Shown here one piece after another: positions 38,480 through 51,235 of a stretch of DNA of 64,000 nucleotides. The stretch's first letter is position 1; every line of letters begins with the position of its first letter. This stretch comes from Camelus dromedarius. Taxonomy: Eukaryota. A program made the position numbers and the translations under genes. The stretch covers positions 107,076,001 to 107,140,000 of the forward strand of contig NC_087436.1 of the NCBI RefSeq assembly GCF_036321535.1. Direction: 5' to 3'. The notes under the pieces were generated by a model, which saw only the letters and a list, made by a program, of their open reading frames with translations, did not search any database and was not told the origin of the DNA.

Positions 38480-38680
38480 AAAAAGAACCTCGTAGAAAGA
38501 GCACTGCCTTAGAAAGCTGAGTTATCAGACTCCATTCAGTCCCAACTAGAAGTCACCTTGATCAAGTCACTTAATCTTTCCGTGATGAAATTGTGTGATC
38601 TGAAAAATGGGTTAATAATATCACTCTAACTTAAAAGCCTAGAGAAAGTAAAAAGATCTCCCGAGGTTCCTTTCTGCTCT
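38480..38680 (+). mobile_element. MIR3-like SINE
   Basis: tagaaagagcactgcc...accttgatcaagtcacttaatctttc...gatctcccgaggttcctttctgctct. Confidence 0.6.
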
Positions 38681-38989
38681 TGTATATCTAAAATTGTGCT
38701 TTCTTATTCTGGGTGAAAGCAACATTGATCAGCTTCACTTTATGAACACATGATAGATTCCCTTTGTATGATGCATCTGATTCGACAAAGTTTTTTTAAT
38801 GTACATTGCTTAATTCAATACACACGGCATTCCACTTAAAGATGGGCAAAACAAAATTATCATTCTTATTGGACAAATGAGAAAAATGGGGGCTCAGAAG
38901 GATAAATGACTTACCTAATGTTGCTGTTCCGTGAAAGTACTATGCACACTGCTGCTCCAAGGTTCCTTTGAGATTAGTCTTCTCCACCA

Positions 38990-39335
38990 CACCTTCTCGG
39001 CTGTCTCCTACCTGTCTCTCATATTCACCTCATTGAGGCCTCTCTACTCAATGCCACCTTTTTAGAGAGTCTTTCTTCCCTAATCACCCAAGATAAAATA
39101 GCCTCACCTCACCCCCTCACTTTGCTTTATTCTTCTTCAAGGAACTTAATATTTCAAGAAAAAGTCATTGTTTCTGTGTTTATTCATTTCTTGGTCCCTA
39201 ACCTCCACTTATAAGCTCTGTGACAGTAGGAATTTTGTCAGTTTTTGCTCATTCTTTAGCTTCTAAAACCTACAATAGTGTCTGGTCCAAGATAGGCACT
39301 CGATAAATAATTGTTAGTGAATGAATGAACAAATG
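38990..39335 (+). mobile_element. L2 LINE 3' end
   Basis: ctcaatgccacctttttagagag...ataagctctgtgacagtagg...taggcactcgataaataattgttagtgaatgaatgaa. Confidence 0.8.
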
Positions 39336-39596
39336 AGGTGGAACACACAAGCCACTGGAAACTCTGGTTTTTATCCTTAGAAAAAAATGGACAGTATCCT
39401 TGTCCCTTGACTGTTTGAGTTTTGGTTCATTTCCTAGGGTATCTTGATTGAATTTTATCTCACATATACTTTTTATCTCTCTTTCTCTTGAAAAATTAGA
39501 CCCTATTTTTTCTTAAACCATGGGGAAATGTAATTATAGTTTTCTAGTGCAGGATTTATAGGAGTGGTCCTTCAGGTAGAAAATAAAAATAAGGAT

Positions 39597-39775
39597 CAGT
39601 GATTTCCAATCCTGGCTGTGTATCAAAATCACCAGGGGATGTTTTTAAAACTTTAAGTTCCTGAGCCCTACCCAAGAAAAATTCTAATTCATTACATCTG
39701 TGTTTGAGCCAGAATTTGTACATTTCAAACATTTCCCAGCTGATTCAAATGCACAGCCATGGTGGAGAACTAATG
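39597..39775. mobile_element. MER5A-like hAT MITE
   Basis: cagtgatttccaatcctggctgtgtatcaaaatcaccagggga...tgattcaaatgcacagccatggtggagaactaatg. Confidence 0.8.
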
Positions 39776-40179
39776 AGTTCTCTAAGAAATTCCTTTCCAG
39801 TCTGTGTATTGTTACCTGAGGCTTGAGGAAGAACCATGATTATTGAGTTACAGCCACAAGATCTATTTCAGAAGACTAGGCATTATATTTGCCTCAGACA
39901 CAATCCAGAAGGAGTTAGCCATGGGGATTTCTGATTAAGTGGATAGAGCACAGAGGTCAAGCAGACATGTTTTCCTTATGTTAAAGCTCTATCCTTAGGG
40001 AATGGAAGCCCAATCCTTCTGCTGGGAGTAGAACGAAGCTTTTGACCCCAGAAGGAAGACTAGCAAATATAAGGTAGTACAACCCAAAACCTAGAAGCAG
40101 GGATTAAGGCAATGCACTTGGCTCAATGCACTGGGCCAACATGATGGATGGCATTAGGAGAATCTGAGGACATCTGTTC

Positions 40180-40420
40180 AGCTTTCCATGGGTATTTACT
40201 GAGCATCTACTAGGGCCTGGGAATACAGCAGTGAGCGAGACAAGGTCTCTGTCCTCTGGAAACATACACTGAAGTGAGAGAGAAACATACAAAGCAGAAG
40301 AATTGGATTCCGGTGGGTAAACATTGAAGAAATATCTACCTCAGTAATGAGATGAGGAAAGTTAGCTCTAAGTTAAAAACTGAATGATAGGTGAAAAATG
40401 ACAAATAGAAAATGGGGAGA
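40180..40420 (-). mobile_element. L2 3' region
   Basis: tatttactgagcatctac...ctgggaatacagcagtgagcgagacaaggtctctgtcctc. Confidence 0.7.
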
Positions 40421-40609
40421 GGACAAAAAAAAGTGTTGCAGAAAATAAAGAGCAAAGAGGTTCGTTCAGATGTATTACTTAGCTTCAGCATTTAAGGAAG
40501 TGAAAGTTTAGAGAAAATGAAATGACAGAGGTTAGAAGTCTAAACTGGGAGAAGATAGGTTTGTTTAGAAGACTGTATACAATATTTTTAATACGGGTTT
40601 TTTTTTAAG

Positions 40610-40745
40610 AGAAATTCAGCAAATACATGTTGAATTCATCCAGTGTGTATGTTATGCCTAACATAGGTCATTCATTGTTCTTGGCATTGGGGATACAGTG
40701 GGAACAAAAAACAGACCCAGGTCCTGGCAACTTCAAAGCTAACAT
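40610..40745 (-). mobile_element. L2 3' end
   Basis: attcagcaaatacatgttga...ggcattggggatacagtgggaacaaaaaacagac. Confidence 0.65.
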
Positions 40746-43700
40746 CTGAATAATTGGTAAAACAATATAGAAGTGAAAAAAACGCTACCATAGTTCAAGT
40801 GATGGTGATTTAGGCTAAGTTTGGCAATGAATATAGAGAAAATGAGGAATACTTAAATGACCACCTTCAGAGATACAGAATGAAGAAGGAGGATGTAATA
40901 ACATCATTGTAAGGGTCACCTTACCCTTGGATGAACCTGACTCAGTTTGGATAAGTGGCTAAATTTTAAGCCCCACTATGTAAGGAATATTGAACTTTAT
41001 ATTCCACCTGCTTCAGTCCACGGATTCCAGTTCAGTGGATCCAGCTGAAATGTATTAGGAAGGAATTACTCAGAAGAATTGAAACTGGGGCTGACCCCAT
41101 TTATCTTCGCAGAACAAACAAATCCTATGCGTTTGGAAAATTGTATAATTAAATTCAAATATTGATGTAAATATAAGACACCCGAATGCTCTCTCTAAAC
41201 CCCAGGGACCATTGAACTAACCTTAACATAACTGTGAAGGTGACAACAAAACAAAGAGTTTAAAGTCAAGATTAAACCTACATTTATCTTGTTTTCTTTT
41301 ATAACAAGGCGAACTTGTTTGTTATTCCCATGAAAATCAGGTATCTGACAGCAGTACACCTTTTGAATTATTGCATTAAGATCTTATAAATCTCTTCTCA
41401 ACCTTGCATGTGAATGGTTCCTAGATGTAAAATGAGAGGGCTGGCTTACAGCAAATGGAAGAAAGTATCCATCATCCAAGTGGACATAGGCAAGAAGAAT
41501 TAAATCACAGTAAGACAAACAGAAGAGACGAACTCTGAATGGGTTAAGAGAGGTTAATCAAAATGTGTTCGCACTCCAGAAAAGAAAGGGACATGCAGAA
41601 TAATTGACAGCCTCGGAGAAACACAAAGGCGATGGGTAGAACATGCATCCTGGAAAGGGCGTGTTAGGAAAAAATTAGGAAATCTGGATGCAATAGTTTT
41701 AAGGAAAGGCCTTTGCAACAAAGGCAAAGTCATGTAACACAAGATTGTGCTTTACTTTGGGTGTTTTAATTTTCTCCTCAATCACTCCAAGAGCTTTCTT
41801 GTCTCTCTTCCTCAAGTCTCTCTTTATCTGTTTCCTATATTCAAGCTACATTGGAATAACCTTGATCTTGTGGGTTGATTTCTAAATGTGTTTTCAAAGT
41901 AGGTTCATCTTCACCACTTAGAGAGAGGTTTATCTGCTTTTTGCCAGACAAGCTGTTTGATCAAGTCATTTAATATCACATATTTGAGATACAGGCAATA
42001 TAAGTTGTTGAGATCAAGTGAAGCTTTGCACTTAAAAAGAGTATGTAGTTGTTGACTGGCCTCTAAGAAAATGCAGTGTCCTATTTTCTTTGGGAGTTAA
42101 ATGAGAGGATGATTTTTATATCTATTTTTTATGTTCAACTTCCAAGATAATTCCAGTAGATTCCATGCAATCCACAAAAACAAATACACTACAGAATAAC
42201 ATATGCAAAATCGCACGTGCATTTCAGTCATGAAAGCTGCAAACAGGCCCAAGCTGAGCAATTTTTTTTAAGCAGCAGATTAATTTTAAACACTTTTTGT
42301 AACTGAAATGGTAGCTGTACAAACATTATATTAGCATATATGGCTTAAAAACTAAATTATAGTTTGGATTTCCTATATCTCTGGCAAAGCTCATCTTGTA
42401 CTTAGAGAAAGTACCATGATATAAATTGAGATATAAGTGCAAAATCAACCTCACCCATGATTTGTAATTTTGAAGTGCCATACATAGTCAGTACCAGAAA
42501 GAGAAACAGCCAAAAAGAAATGCTAGTGTAATTAATGTATGTGTAAACCCCTAATCTGATTTCTGAATAAGATATCTAAACTGATAGTGGTGTTCATCCA
42601 CCACTAGTTGAAACTATAATTCAGAGTACAGTGATACTGAAGGAGATGCTTAAAGAAGTTATCTAACAGAGATATGAAAAGAAATAAAAATGCAAAAGCC
42701 AAATTTCAAGGTAGAAACCGATTCCAATCTGCTGTCTCTGTCTCCCAGTAAGACTCTATCTAAGCTTTCTCCTTCCTCCCTAATCTCCTTAGCCATGTAG
42801 TCTGGAACTGAAACATCCAGTTTCTGGGTAGTGAGGATCTCATAGCTTTCTGTTCACATAGTTTTCTTGCCTCTGTACATAAAGAAGCTAATCCTGACAC
42901 TGGGAATTTGATCCAAGTGGTTTAACTATCTAGGAAAACGCTCTTGGTCACCTACCTTACCCCGTTTCAGCACATCATTAGCAGAGAAAAAGTTAAGTGG
43001 GAAACTTCGTATCTATAATGCTGAACCAAAGAATCAACATTCCTATTTCTGCAGGAGCTAAATTTTGAAAGATTCTATCAATAGATCTTGGAGAGAAATA
43101 TGATACATAAAAGTAAAATAGCATGATTGCTACATTTCAGCCTCCTTCAAAATGCTGAGCTTTCCGTATCCTAATAGTTTTCCCTTTGTTATACATGGAA
43201 TGGAAAGTAATTGAACTCCTCTGAGACATTAAGTGCACAGATTCCACACTAATCTTTATTTATCCCTTCAGGACACGCATAAAGTTTTAATGTTACAGAA
43301 AAAAAAAATAAAAGACTAACTTCTGTTGAACAATAACAACACATGGTTAGACTAACATTTCTAAAGGTATTTTATGTTCCAAATTCTAGCAATAAGTGTG
43401 ATCAACCTAATGCCTAGTGTCCATAAGGATGGACACAAGTCTAGCACTAGAAGAGATTTTGAGATCTGAGATCCAAACCCCTTATTTCATATATAAAGAA
43501 TCTGGTGAGTTGTATAGCTAGTTAGCTGCAAAAGTGAGAGTAGAAATCAAGACAGCAGATTTCCAGACCATGGCTTTTCCTAATCCATCCTCCTGCCTCT
43601 TTCTGCACCTTGTCCTTGTAAAATGACTTGGACACAAAATTGGCAAAGGCATGATGATTTTCAGAGGATTACCTGATGGTCATTGATCTTGGAAGAAGAC

Positions 43701-43857
43701 ATTACTGAGAGAAAGAAAGAGACATCCTTAATATCCTGTGAAAGGAGAACAAGTTATTAAATGAAGACAATCCACACAAAGAAAATTAGAACACAGCCTA
43801 GCAGACAGAAAGTCTGTCTGGCACCCCATAAATGTAATGAACGTAAACCTCTGTCAC

Positions 43858-43999
43858 CTTCTTCTTCATCGTCTTCTCCCCTTTTTGCTCCTCCTCCTCT
43901 TCCTTCTCCTATTTCATCTTCCTCTTCTCTTCCTCCTCTTCTTCCCCTGCCTCTTCTCCTTCTCCTTCTCTTTCTCCCTCTTCCTCTTCTTCTTCCTCT
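43858..43999. repeat. Polypyrimidine (CTT/CCT)n low-complexity tract
   Basis: About 140 bp that is almost entirely C/T. Confidence 0.9.
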
Positions 44000-45185
44000 T
44001 GATTATCACCACCATTATCATCCATGTCTCTGTCACTTCACAACAACCTAAGGACAACGCATAAGCAAGTAGGAGTCCCACCAGCACCAAATAGACTGTA
44101 GAGTCCTTCATCCATACTTTGGGCCCACCTATTAGTAGCCATTCCTTGATTTCTTTGGCCAGCATAAACACAAATCCACAAATCAACATCATATTTTTAG
44201 CATCCTCACAGAATTATTTCCTAGTGTTGGTGTTGAAATAAATGTCTTCAGAGTCAAAGATCTTTTTTTCCCCAGGAGAAAATGAAATGACCAGTTTTCC
44301 TAAAACAAGCCCTCCACCTGGAGCAGGGATGAGGGAAAAGCTAACCAGACTCCTCAGAAGAGATGAGGCTGACCTCAACACTCCCTTTGCATCCTTAGCT
44401 TCTTTGTGTGAAAAAAAGACACTTAATTATGACATTTCAATGTTGAAATAAAATTAGTTGGAATTTATTCCTCACTCTTGAGAGGAAATTATGCTCCATT
44501 TTTAACTGTGCAAGACAACTGCCGATTCATCTGCAGAGTGATAAGCAGTGTTATTTTTGTGCGCATACAACTAACTGTGTACAGGACCCGCTCAGGGCTT
44601 CTCTCCTTGTGGGTGCAACTTGGCATCCAAACTCTTGCTTACAGAAGCTTTTGTGGACACCTCACATGCCACAATGCCAGCCCTACCAACTGCTCATATT
44701 GGTTAAATTTCTTTAGCAACAGTAAATTTAGCCAACTATAATGACATAGTTTGTTTCCCATAATTGTGCCTAGTTACAATGGACCAAAATAAGAGGTTTA
44801 GAGAATTATTTTATCCAGTTTAACCTAAATATTTTTCACTTAAATAGAGTATGTGCAACTTCATAATATCCCTAGATAATGAATCACATTGTTTAATATA
44901 TTAGTAAAGTTTAAAAATCATGTAATAAATATTAAAGACCACAAAGCCAATGTGGTTTCACTCCTTTTTAAATGCCTCTGGCAAGGATTTAATTTAGATT
45001 TAATAAAAGAGTTATATTATTTATTTGATTATAAATATGCTAATGTAGATGCCATGCTATAAATACTTCTGTTAATTAAATACTAGCTGACTTATGGAGA
45101 CTTATTTAGGCACAACTAGCAGTTTATTAAGATCTATGAGTCAAAACTGAATAACCATATTCTCAATAATTCATTGATATTTAAT

Positions 45186-45276
45186 AGGTAATAACCACAT
45201 TATACTCAAGGTGGTGCCTTTAGATGTATTCTTTCAATTGAGCGTTACTTTAAAACTAATTATTAGTAGCATATTT
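45186..45276 (+). repeat. Dispersed duplication, copy 1 (partner 48099-48184)
   Basis: aggtaataaccacattatactcaaggt...tttagat...tttaaaactaattattagta. Confidence 0.8.
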
Positions 45277-45759
45277 ACTAAGCTTTGATTGTTTAAGAGA
45301 TATTCATCTTAATAAAAAAGGTTGTTATGCCCCAATAGATATTCATAATAATCAGTTTATATTTAATTAACATATAATAACTCCCTCATTAAACCTAAAT
45401 TAAATCCTTATTTGAAATATTCAATTTAAAGTGCAACTGAAAATATTGCTATAGAAAATTACACAGCTTACCCTGCATTGCTTTCACAAGCACAGTGAGA
45501 GATAGTCCTAGCCACCCAAGATGGAATTTCACAGGACATTGAAGAATGTTTAGACTACTTTTTAAGACCACATATATAGATCATAAAATAAGGCAAGTTT
45601 TAAAGTAAGCAACATTTCTCATTGAACCCATATTTAAGTATTTTTCATAATCACTAAATTCTAATGAACTAGAAACTAAATGAAATGCTAAAGCATTCGA
45701 TGTTCTTAAATAAGATAAACCAATTAAAGTGAAAGAGGAGTTGTACCAGATAGTCTTCA

Positions 45760-46248
45760 TTTCTTCCTTCACCCCCTTTCACCACCCTCCCCAACCTAGT
45801 TCTGTGACCCAGGAGTCTGACCCCTAAGGAGTGCATCACCAGGGTCCCTTGCCCTCTAGATCCCAGTTGGGTTTGGCCAATGAAAAGTGTCAGGAGGAAA
45901 CTGGAGTGAAAGAGTAGAGCAAGGTTGGGGTCTTTATCCTTTCGTCTCTTGCTGAGCTGTGGTTTGCCATTGGTTATGTTTCTCTACTTAAAGCCACAGG
46001 TTCTGCTTGGCAGCCCTTAATGTAGCTCTAGTCCTCACTGTGTTCTAGCAGTTCTTCATTCTCTTTGCCCTTTCAGGCTCGGGGGAGGTAATGATTTTTT
46101 ATGCTTGATAGTCCCAGGGTGTTTTTGCCTTGCTTGCTGATTCCTTGCCCACATCGTTGTAAGCATTCTACTGTTAAAATTATCTCCAGTTACTCCTTTT
46201 GACTGTGTCATCTATTTCCATCTATTTCAGAACTTGCAATGATACACA
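45760..46248 (+). mobile_element. ERVL LTR33-like solo LTR
   Basis: tgcatcaccagggtcccttgccctctagatcccagttgggtttggccaatg...ttgccctttcaggctc...tgatacaca. Confidence 0.75.
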
Positions 46249-46299
46249 GCTTAAATTTTAATAAAATAAATAACAACTGAAACAGCAGCAACAAAACTT

Positions 46300-46490
46300 T
46301 GCAGAACACTTTCATGTGTATTGTTCCATTAGATTCTAACAAGTTTTTTTATTTTTAGGCCATTTGATAGGCAAGGAAATTGAGACTCAAGTTTTCTGCA
46401 CAAAAGCACATGATTAGTAAATGGAAAAGCCAAACATCAAACCCAGGCGTCCCAATTTCATATCCTAAATATCTTCTATTATATCAAATA
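46300..46490 (-). mobile_element. MIR SINE
   Basis: aaggaaattgagactca...attagtaaatggaaaagccaaacatcaaacccagg. Confidence 0.6.
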
Positions 46491-46669
46491 ACCAGAATTA
46501 ACTATTAGTTTTAAGCAACATTCTGCTAAAGCAGTAGTTGACAAGTTTTTGAAGCCATAGAACCATTTCTTCAAACAAAATTCAAAGGATTTCAACAAAT
46601 AAAACAGATAAAAGTAGAGCAGCTTTGGTTGATGGGGATGACTTCACAAAATCCTGCTCCTGACACTGT

Positions 46670-47060
46670 CACATGTCCCAAGCCTGCCCCTTTAAAGCGT
46701 TCTATCTCCCTGACTACAGTGATTGGTTCACCAGTAATCATATCATCCAGCTGTCCAGTGTCTTCCCCAAAAGTGCTACTTTCTTCTGGAATGTCAAACT
46801 GAAAATATAATGAAAGCTTTAGATATCCCAGTAGTTATGTTGGCTGCCATACAAACACAACCATCCTGAGAATAAAGCCAAATACAGAGGAAGCCTGAAC
46901 CCAGTGAAGGGGGTCAGAGAATCTTGATAGCACCCTTTGAACCCATGCATTCAACCAAGACTGAAGACAGCTCTATCTTTGGAATTAGCAGGTATGGGAA
47001 TCAACCAGTTCTCTTTCTGCTTAAGTCAGTTTGATTGGATTTCTATCACTTACAACCAAT
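46670..47060 (+). mobile_element. Old MaLR LTR (MLT1I/J-like)
   Basis: ctacagtgattggttca...gagaataaagccaa...gcttaagtcagtttgattggatttctatcacttacaacc. Confidence 0.65.
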
Positions 47061-48098
47061 AAAACAAAGCTCCACCAAAGTTCCATAAACAGTTAGCTTG
47101 GTAGTGGCTTATTTGTTATCCAAAAGGCATAGTCCTCTCTGACATGGAGCTTCAGCTAGATATTTGTTGGCTTATTTCTAGATTATTCTTGATGGTAGTC
47201 AAATTGATGTTTGGAAAGAATTGATCCAATACAAAATTTTCCAAAATATATGTAACTTGTTTGTTTTGCAGTAGACTAGAAAGAGCACTAAGACCCCCAA
47301 TTTTGTAGCTGCATCCTTTGCAAAATGTATTCTCCTATCCCGAACTTAAATTCCTCACTAATCAACAAATTAGTATTACTAATCTTGCTTTCTTCACAGG
47401 GGTGCTGTGAAGCTCAAACTGAGTTTAGAGTTTTTGATAATGTAGAGAAAGTTCTATATGGTACAAAATGTAAAGCAAGCTACCAGAGGCTTGCCAGATG
47501 TCAATTTTAATTATTCTGTCAATATTTTATATATAAAAGCATATCAAATTATATATTTGTGCTATATATTCAAAAGTAGATAATGTGTTTAAAAATATGT
47601 CACTGTATATTTTGTTTTCAGTCTGAATCCTGTAGTTAATGTTCTTAAGGCGTGTTAGAAACATTAAGCAATTAGACATCTTAACAGCCCTCTAACACAT
47701 CAGTGTAATAAAGGGGGAACCCTTCACTGCTATAATGCAGACCTGTATTCATTTTCTAGATTTTGAAAATTCACTTAGGGAACCTCTGGGCATTAAAAAT
47801 CAATTTAAAATACAATTAAACTATTAGCTTTTCCAAAAGAGACCCATAGCAATATTAGGATATGTCTATTCTTAGGCCAAATGAGTGGGGGAGTACAAGC
47901 AAACATCCAAACACTTAGGACATAATAGCCTAAAACATCAACTATGGGAACAGGGAAAGGATGGGAGGGCTTGAGTTCTCCAAATTAACTCTTCTGAATG
48001 CAATCCAGGTACATATTATTCCACTTCTAAGTGCCTAGGTAAACCTAATTTCTGTTTTTGTTTTGTTTTGTATGCCAAAAGTTCAGTTGGTATGTCAC

Positions 48099-48184
48099 AG
48101 GTAATAACCACAGTACACTCAAGGTATCACATTTAGATATCTTATTTCTATTGAACTTTTAAAACTAATTATTGGTAACTATTT
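48099..48184 (+). repeat. Dispersed duplication, copy 2 (partner 45186-45276)
   Basis: aggtaataaccacagtacactcaaggt...tttagat...tttaaaactaattattggta. Confidence 0.8.
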
Positions 48185-48819
48185 TTTTTTTTTTACAACC
48201 AAAGAGAGTATTTCCATCTTGTGACCTCATTCACCCACATGGTATGAACATAATCAATATCAAACTGGGATTTCCCGCCTCTCAACCCAGATCACATATT
48301 TGTCCTGAGCATGCGTGAGCCCAAGTTTAAATGACAACAGTCCCAGTCTATCAATCCAGCTCCAGCTCTTAGGGAATCAAAAAAATTATTAGTGTTTTCT
48401 GGCTTTTGATGACTTCAAAAAATTTACCCAGTCACAAAAAATAAGATAGGGATGTGTTTCAGATTGCATATTCTACATATACAAGATCATTGCTAAAATA
48501 TAGTATTGTATTTATATCAGTTACTAAGGAAGGACAGAAAGAGAGCAAGACTTAAGACATCTGGAAATAATGATGGGCAATCAACACTTTGCACAGCCTA
48601 CAAGTGACAGCCCCTCACATCCTTCTACAGTTCCATGAGCTCTTTGTTATTTACATTGTCCACTGGCAGAAACAGACTCGGCTTACTTTATGTCTACATA
48701 GCAGATAACAAATATTCAACATTGTTGTTTGGGCCCAGATCTCATATCTATAAAATTACTGGATTTTAGAACAAAAAGCTAGATCTAGAGTTGTCGTCCC
48801 CCCCACACACACGAGAGAA

Positions 48820-49020
48820 TTAGAGTTATGATTAGGTACATGTGCTCTGGTTTCAGACTGCCTGGGTTTAAATCTTGGCCTCACCTCTCTCTCACCTTGT
48901 ACTTAACTTCTTTGCATTCCATTTCTTCATATGTGGAGGTAATGTTAGAACATGGCTCATGGTAGAGTACTTAGAGGTGTACCTCAAATGCCCTAAGTGA
49001 ACACCAAATATTAACAGTTG
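48820..49020 (+). mobile_element. MIR SINE
   Basis: ctctggtttcagactgcctgggtttaaatcttggc...acttaacttctttgcattccatttcttcat. Confidence 0.7.
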
Positions 49021-49089
49021 TTAAGCACTGCTTGGAATGCTAACTCAGCTTAAAACCCCACTCTGTTGGTTGTCCCCTGCCCAGTCAGT

Positions 49090-49388
49090 TCATACTCAGC
49101 TTTTAGATTTCTTTTGCTCACACACACCTCAGTATAGATTCTGCCTTTCTGTTAAAGCTTTCATGTCATCCTGTACTTTTCTTTTAGAGATATTATTACT
49201 GCTTATTATTATACCCTTAGGAGTTTTTATAATTTTAATATTTGTACCCTCCATTAAACTCTAAGTTCCACAGAGAAGAGATGATATTTTGCTCACAATT
49301 TTATTTGTAGTGCCTAGCAGTGTTTGGCACATGGTAGGGCCTCAATGAACATTCATTGAGTGAATAAAGGAATGGAGAAATGAATGAT
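49090..49388 (+). mobile_element. L2 3' end
   Basis: taagttccacagagaagaga...agtgcctagcagtgtttggcacatggtagggcctcaatgaacattcattgagtgaa. Confidence 0.75.
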
Positions 49389-50303
49389 TACAATGTAAGT
49401 TATAATTTTACTTATTCTTCACTTCTACATTTTTTCACTCTTTGAACAACCTGTGCTTCAACAAATATGGCCTCCTTTCCTAGTCAACCTTTTCCTATGA
49501 TTCCAGCTGTCTTGCCTAAACTGCTGAATTAATTTTCTTGACGGAGTTAGGCAAAATCATCTCTAAAACAGCATATTGTAACATTTCCACTATGACTAAA
49601 ACAGAACGTAAGCAATGAATTTGCCAACAACATTCCCAAACTGATTCTCATTTAATCTGTTTTTTCCCTGCAGCAGTATAATGGGATTGAAAGTTTCCTT
49701 TATATTGCCACAAATCAATCAATAAGCATTTTTTTCATGCCCACCATGGTTTAAGCACCACAGCAAGGTGTCCTGTTTATAACAGGCATTGTGCCCGTTC
49801 GAATTGCTTTCTGCATCACACAACCATGTAAAGAGTCAATGACAAATAAATACACCTTGATGTCAATTAAATAAGTTGGTGGCCACAAACCAGGGACAAT
49901 TAAAGAGTTCTGGATCCAGGATTCCAATGAGATTATTGCCAAAAGGAAATGGAACTACTTAGAAGCGCCACATGGAATGGATGCTAGAAATTACCAATGC
50001 AGTAGGAATATTGGAAAGGTCCATATCTGAGCAGAGTCATCACCATCTCCATGGAAACCATCCCCCGCCCCCTTCTGGGGAGAAAACAGCAGCTGCTCAA
50101 CAGCACACAACCAAGAAAAATGCAGACCAGTTGGAAGTGGAAAATTCAGGATCCATTTAAAATTGTGAAGGGGTGAAATTAGAGGTAAAAGAATGAGATT
50201 AATGAAGCCATGATTTAGCAAATAGGCTCTATTAGCCTCTGTGCATCGGGAAGAGGGCCAGGAAGTTAGACGGGCAAGGTGGGCAAGAATTCACGTCAAA
50301 TAT

Positions 50304-50325
50304 CATTACATTACATTACATTACA
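50304..50325. repeat. (CATTA)4 pentanucleotide repeat
   Basis: cattacattacattacattaca. Confidence 0.85.
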
Positions 50326-50689
50326 AAGAGAAAATCATAGCTTTTTTTTTTTTTTTAAGAAAGGAGCCAGTAGAAATATGGTTGGGAGTTAGTTTTGAAG
50401 AAGAAAGAAGAAAGTTAAGCATGCCATTAAGTACATATAGAGGAAAATTTGGAAAAGGAAAGGAAATAAAAGAAAAGATTGTATTCCATGGACATAATCT
50501 GTATACTTGATTGCTTTATATGTTTCTTTCATGTGAGCTTTTATGTGTTTCTCATGAGTATATGTTCTGCTAGTTTCACTTATACATAGTACTCAATACT
50601 CAAATAGGGAGCCTTACATGACAGCCTTAGATGAATACATGCAGCTAGATCAGGCCATTTTGGCTATGTCAAGAAAGATGTGATGCTGG

Positions 50690-51235
50690 ATGGTTAGTGG
50701 TCTGTCTGCATGAAGGACTCAGGATTATAATGAGGAGAAAAACATGAACATTCCTATGTGCTAGAACTGAGAATAGCCTCCTGTCCCATCAAATTTTATC
50801 TTTTCAAATTTTGGAGCTTAGATCCCTCTAGTCAGCTGCAGCATCCCAATGAGGAACTTCAATTCAAGATTTTGCGATGGAGATGGAAAAGCAGAAAGAA
50901 AGAGAAAAGGAGGAGGAGGGGGAGGAGAGGAAAGAAGAAAGAAGAGGAGAGGACAAGAGAGAAGGGTAGACATTCAAAAGAAGCCAGCAGAGAGAGTTGC
51001 TAATGTCTGTCCATTTCCTGTTTTCAGCCCCATTTCAAGGTTCAACGGGGGATAGGTATATCTTAGTGGTAGAGCACATGCTTAGCATGCATGAGGTCCT
51101 GGGTTCATTAAAAAAAAAAAAGGTCTTCCTGCATTTATGCCCTCAAATCCCCCAAACACACCTTTAGCCTTATAAAGAATTTTCCCTTATTATGTAAAGT
51201 AGTTCAAATTGATTTCCATTACTGGCAGCCCAAGG
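50690..51235 (+). mobile_element. Degraded MaLR LTR containing a GA-rich expansion and a SINE insertion
   Basis: The 3' part ataaagaattttcccttattatgtaaagtagttcaaattgatttccattactggcagcc resembles MLT1 ends. Confidence 0.45.
51047..51121 (+). mobile_element. tRNA-Ala-derived SINE (camelid Vic-1-like), 3'-shortened
   Basis: GGGGGATAGGTATATCTTAGTGGTAGAGCACATGCTTAGCATGCATGAGGTCCTGGGTTCA followed by poly-A. It resembles the tRNA-Ala(AGC) D and anticodon arms but lacks the 3' acceptor half. Confidence 0.8.

Noticed and set aside
43673..43704. Minus-strand 32-nt exon (ATG TCT TCT TCC AAG...CAG|gtaatc)
   Set aside because: The acceptor pyrimidine tract is a simple repeat and the donor is mediocre. 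The peptide MSSSKINDHQ is not recognised.
43761..44192. Pro/Ser/Leu-rich and Lys/Glu-rich ORFs
   Set aside because: They are translations of the CT-rich low-complexity tract.
51047..51121. Functional tRNA-Ala gene
   Set aside because: The 3' half of the T-arm and the acceptor stem are missing, the A-box is degenerate, and it ends in poly-A. It is a SINE or retrocopy.
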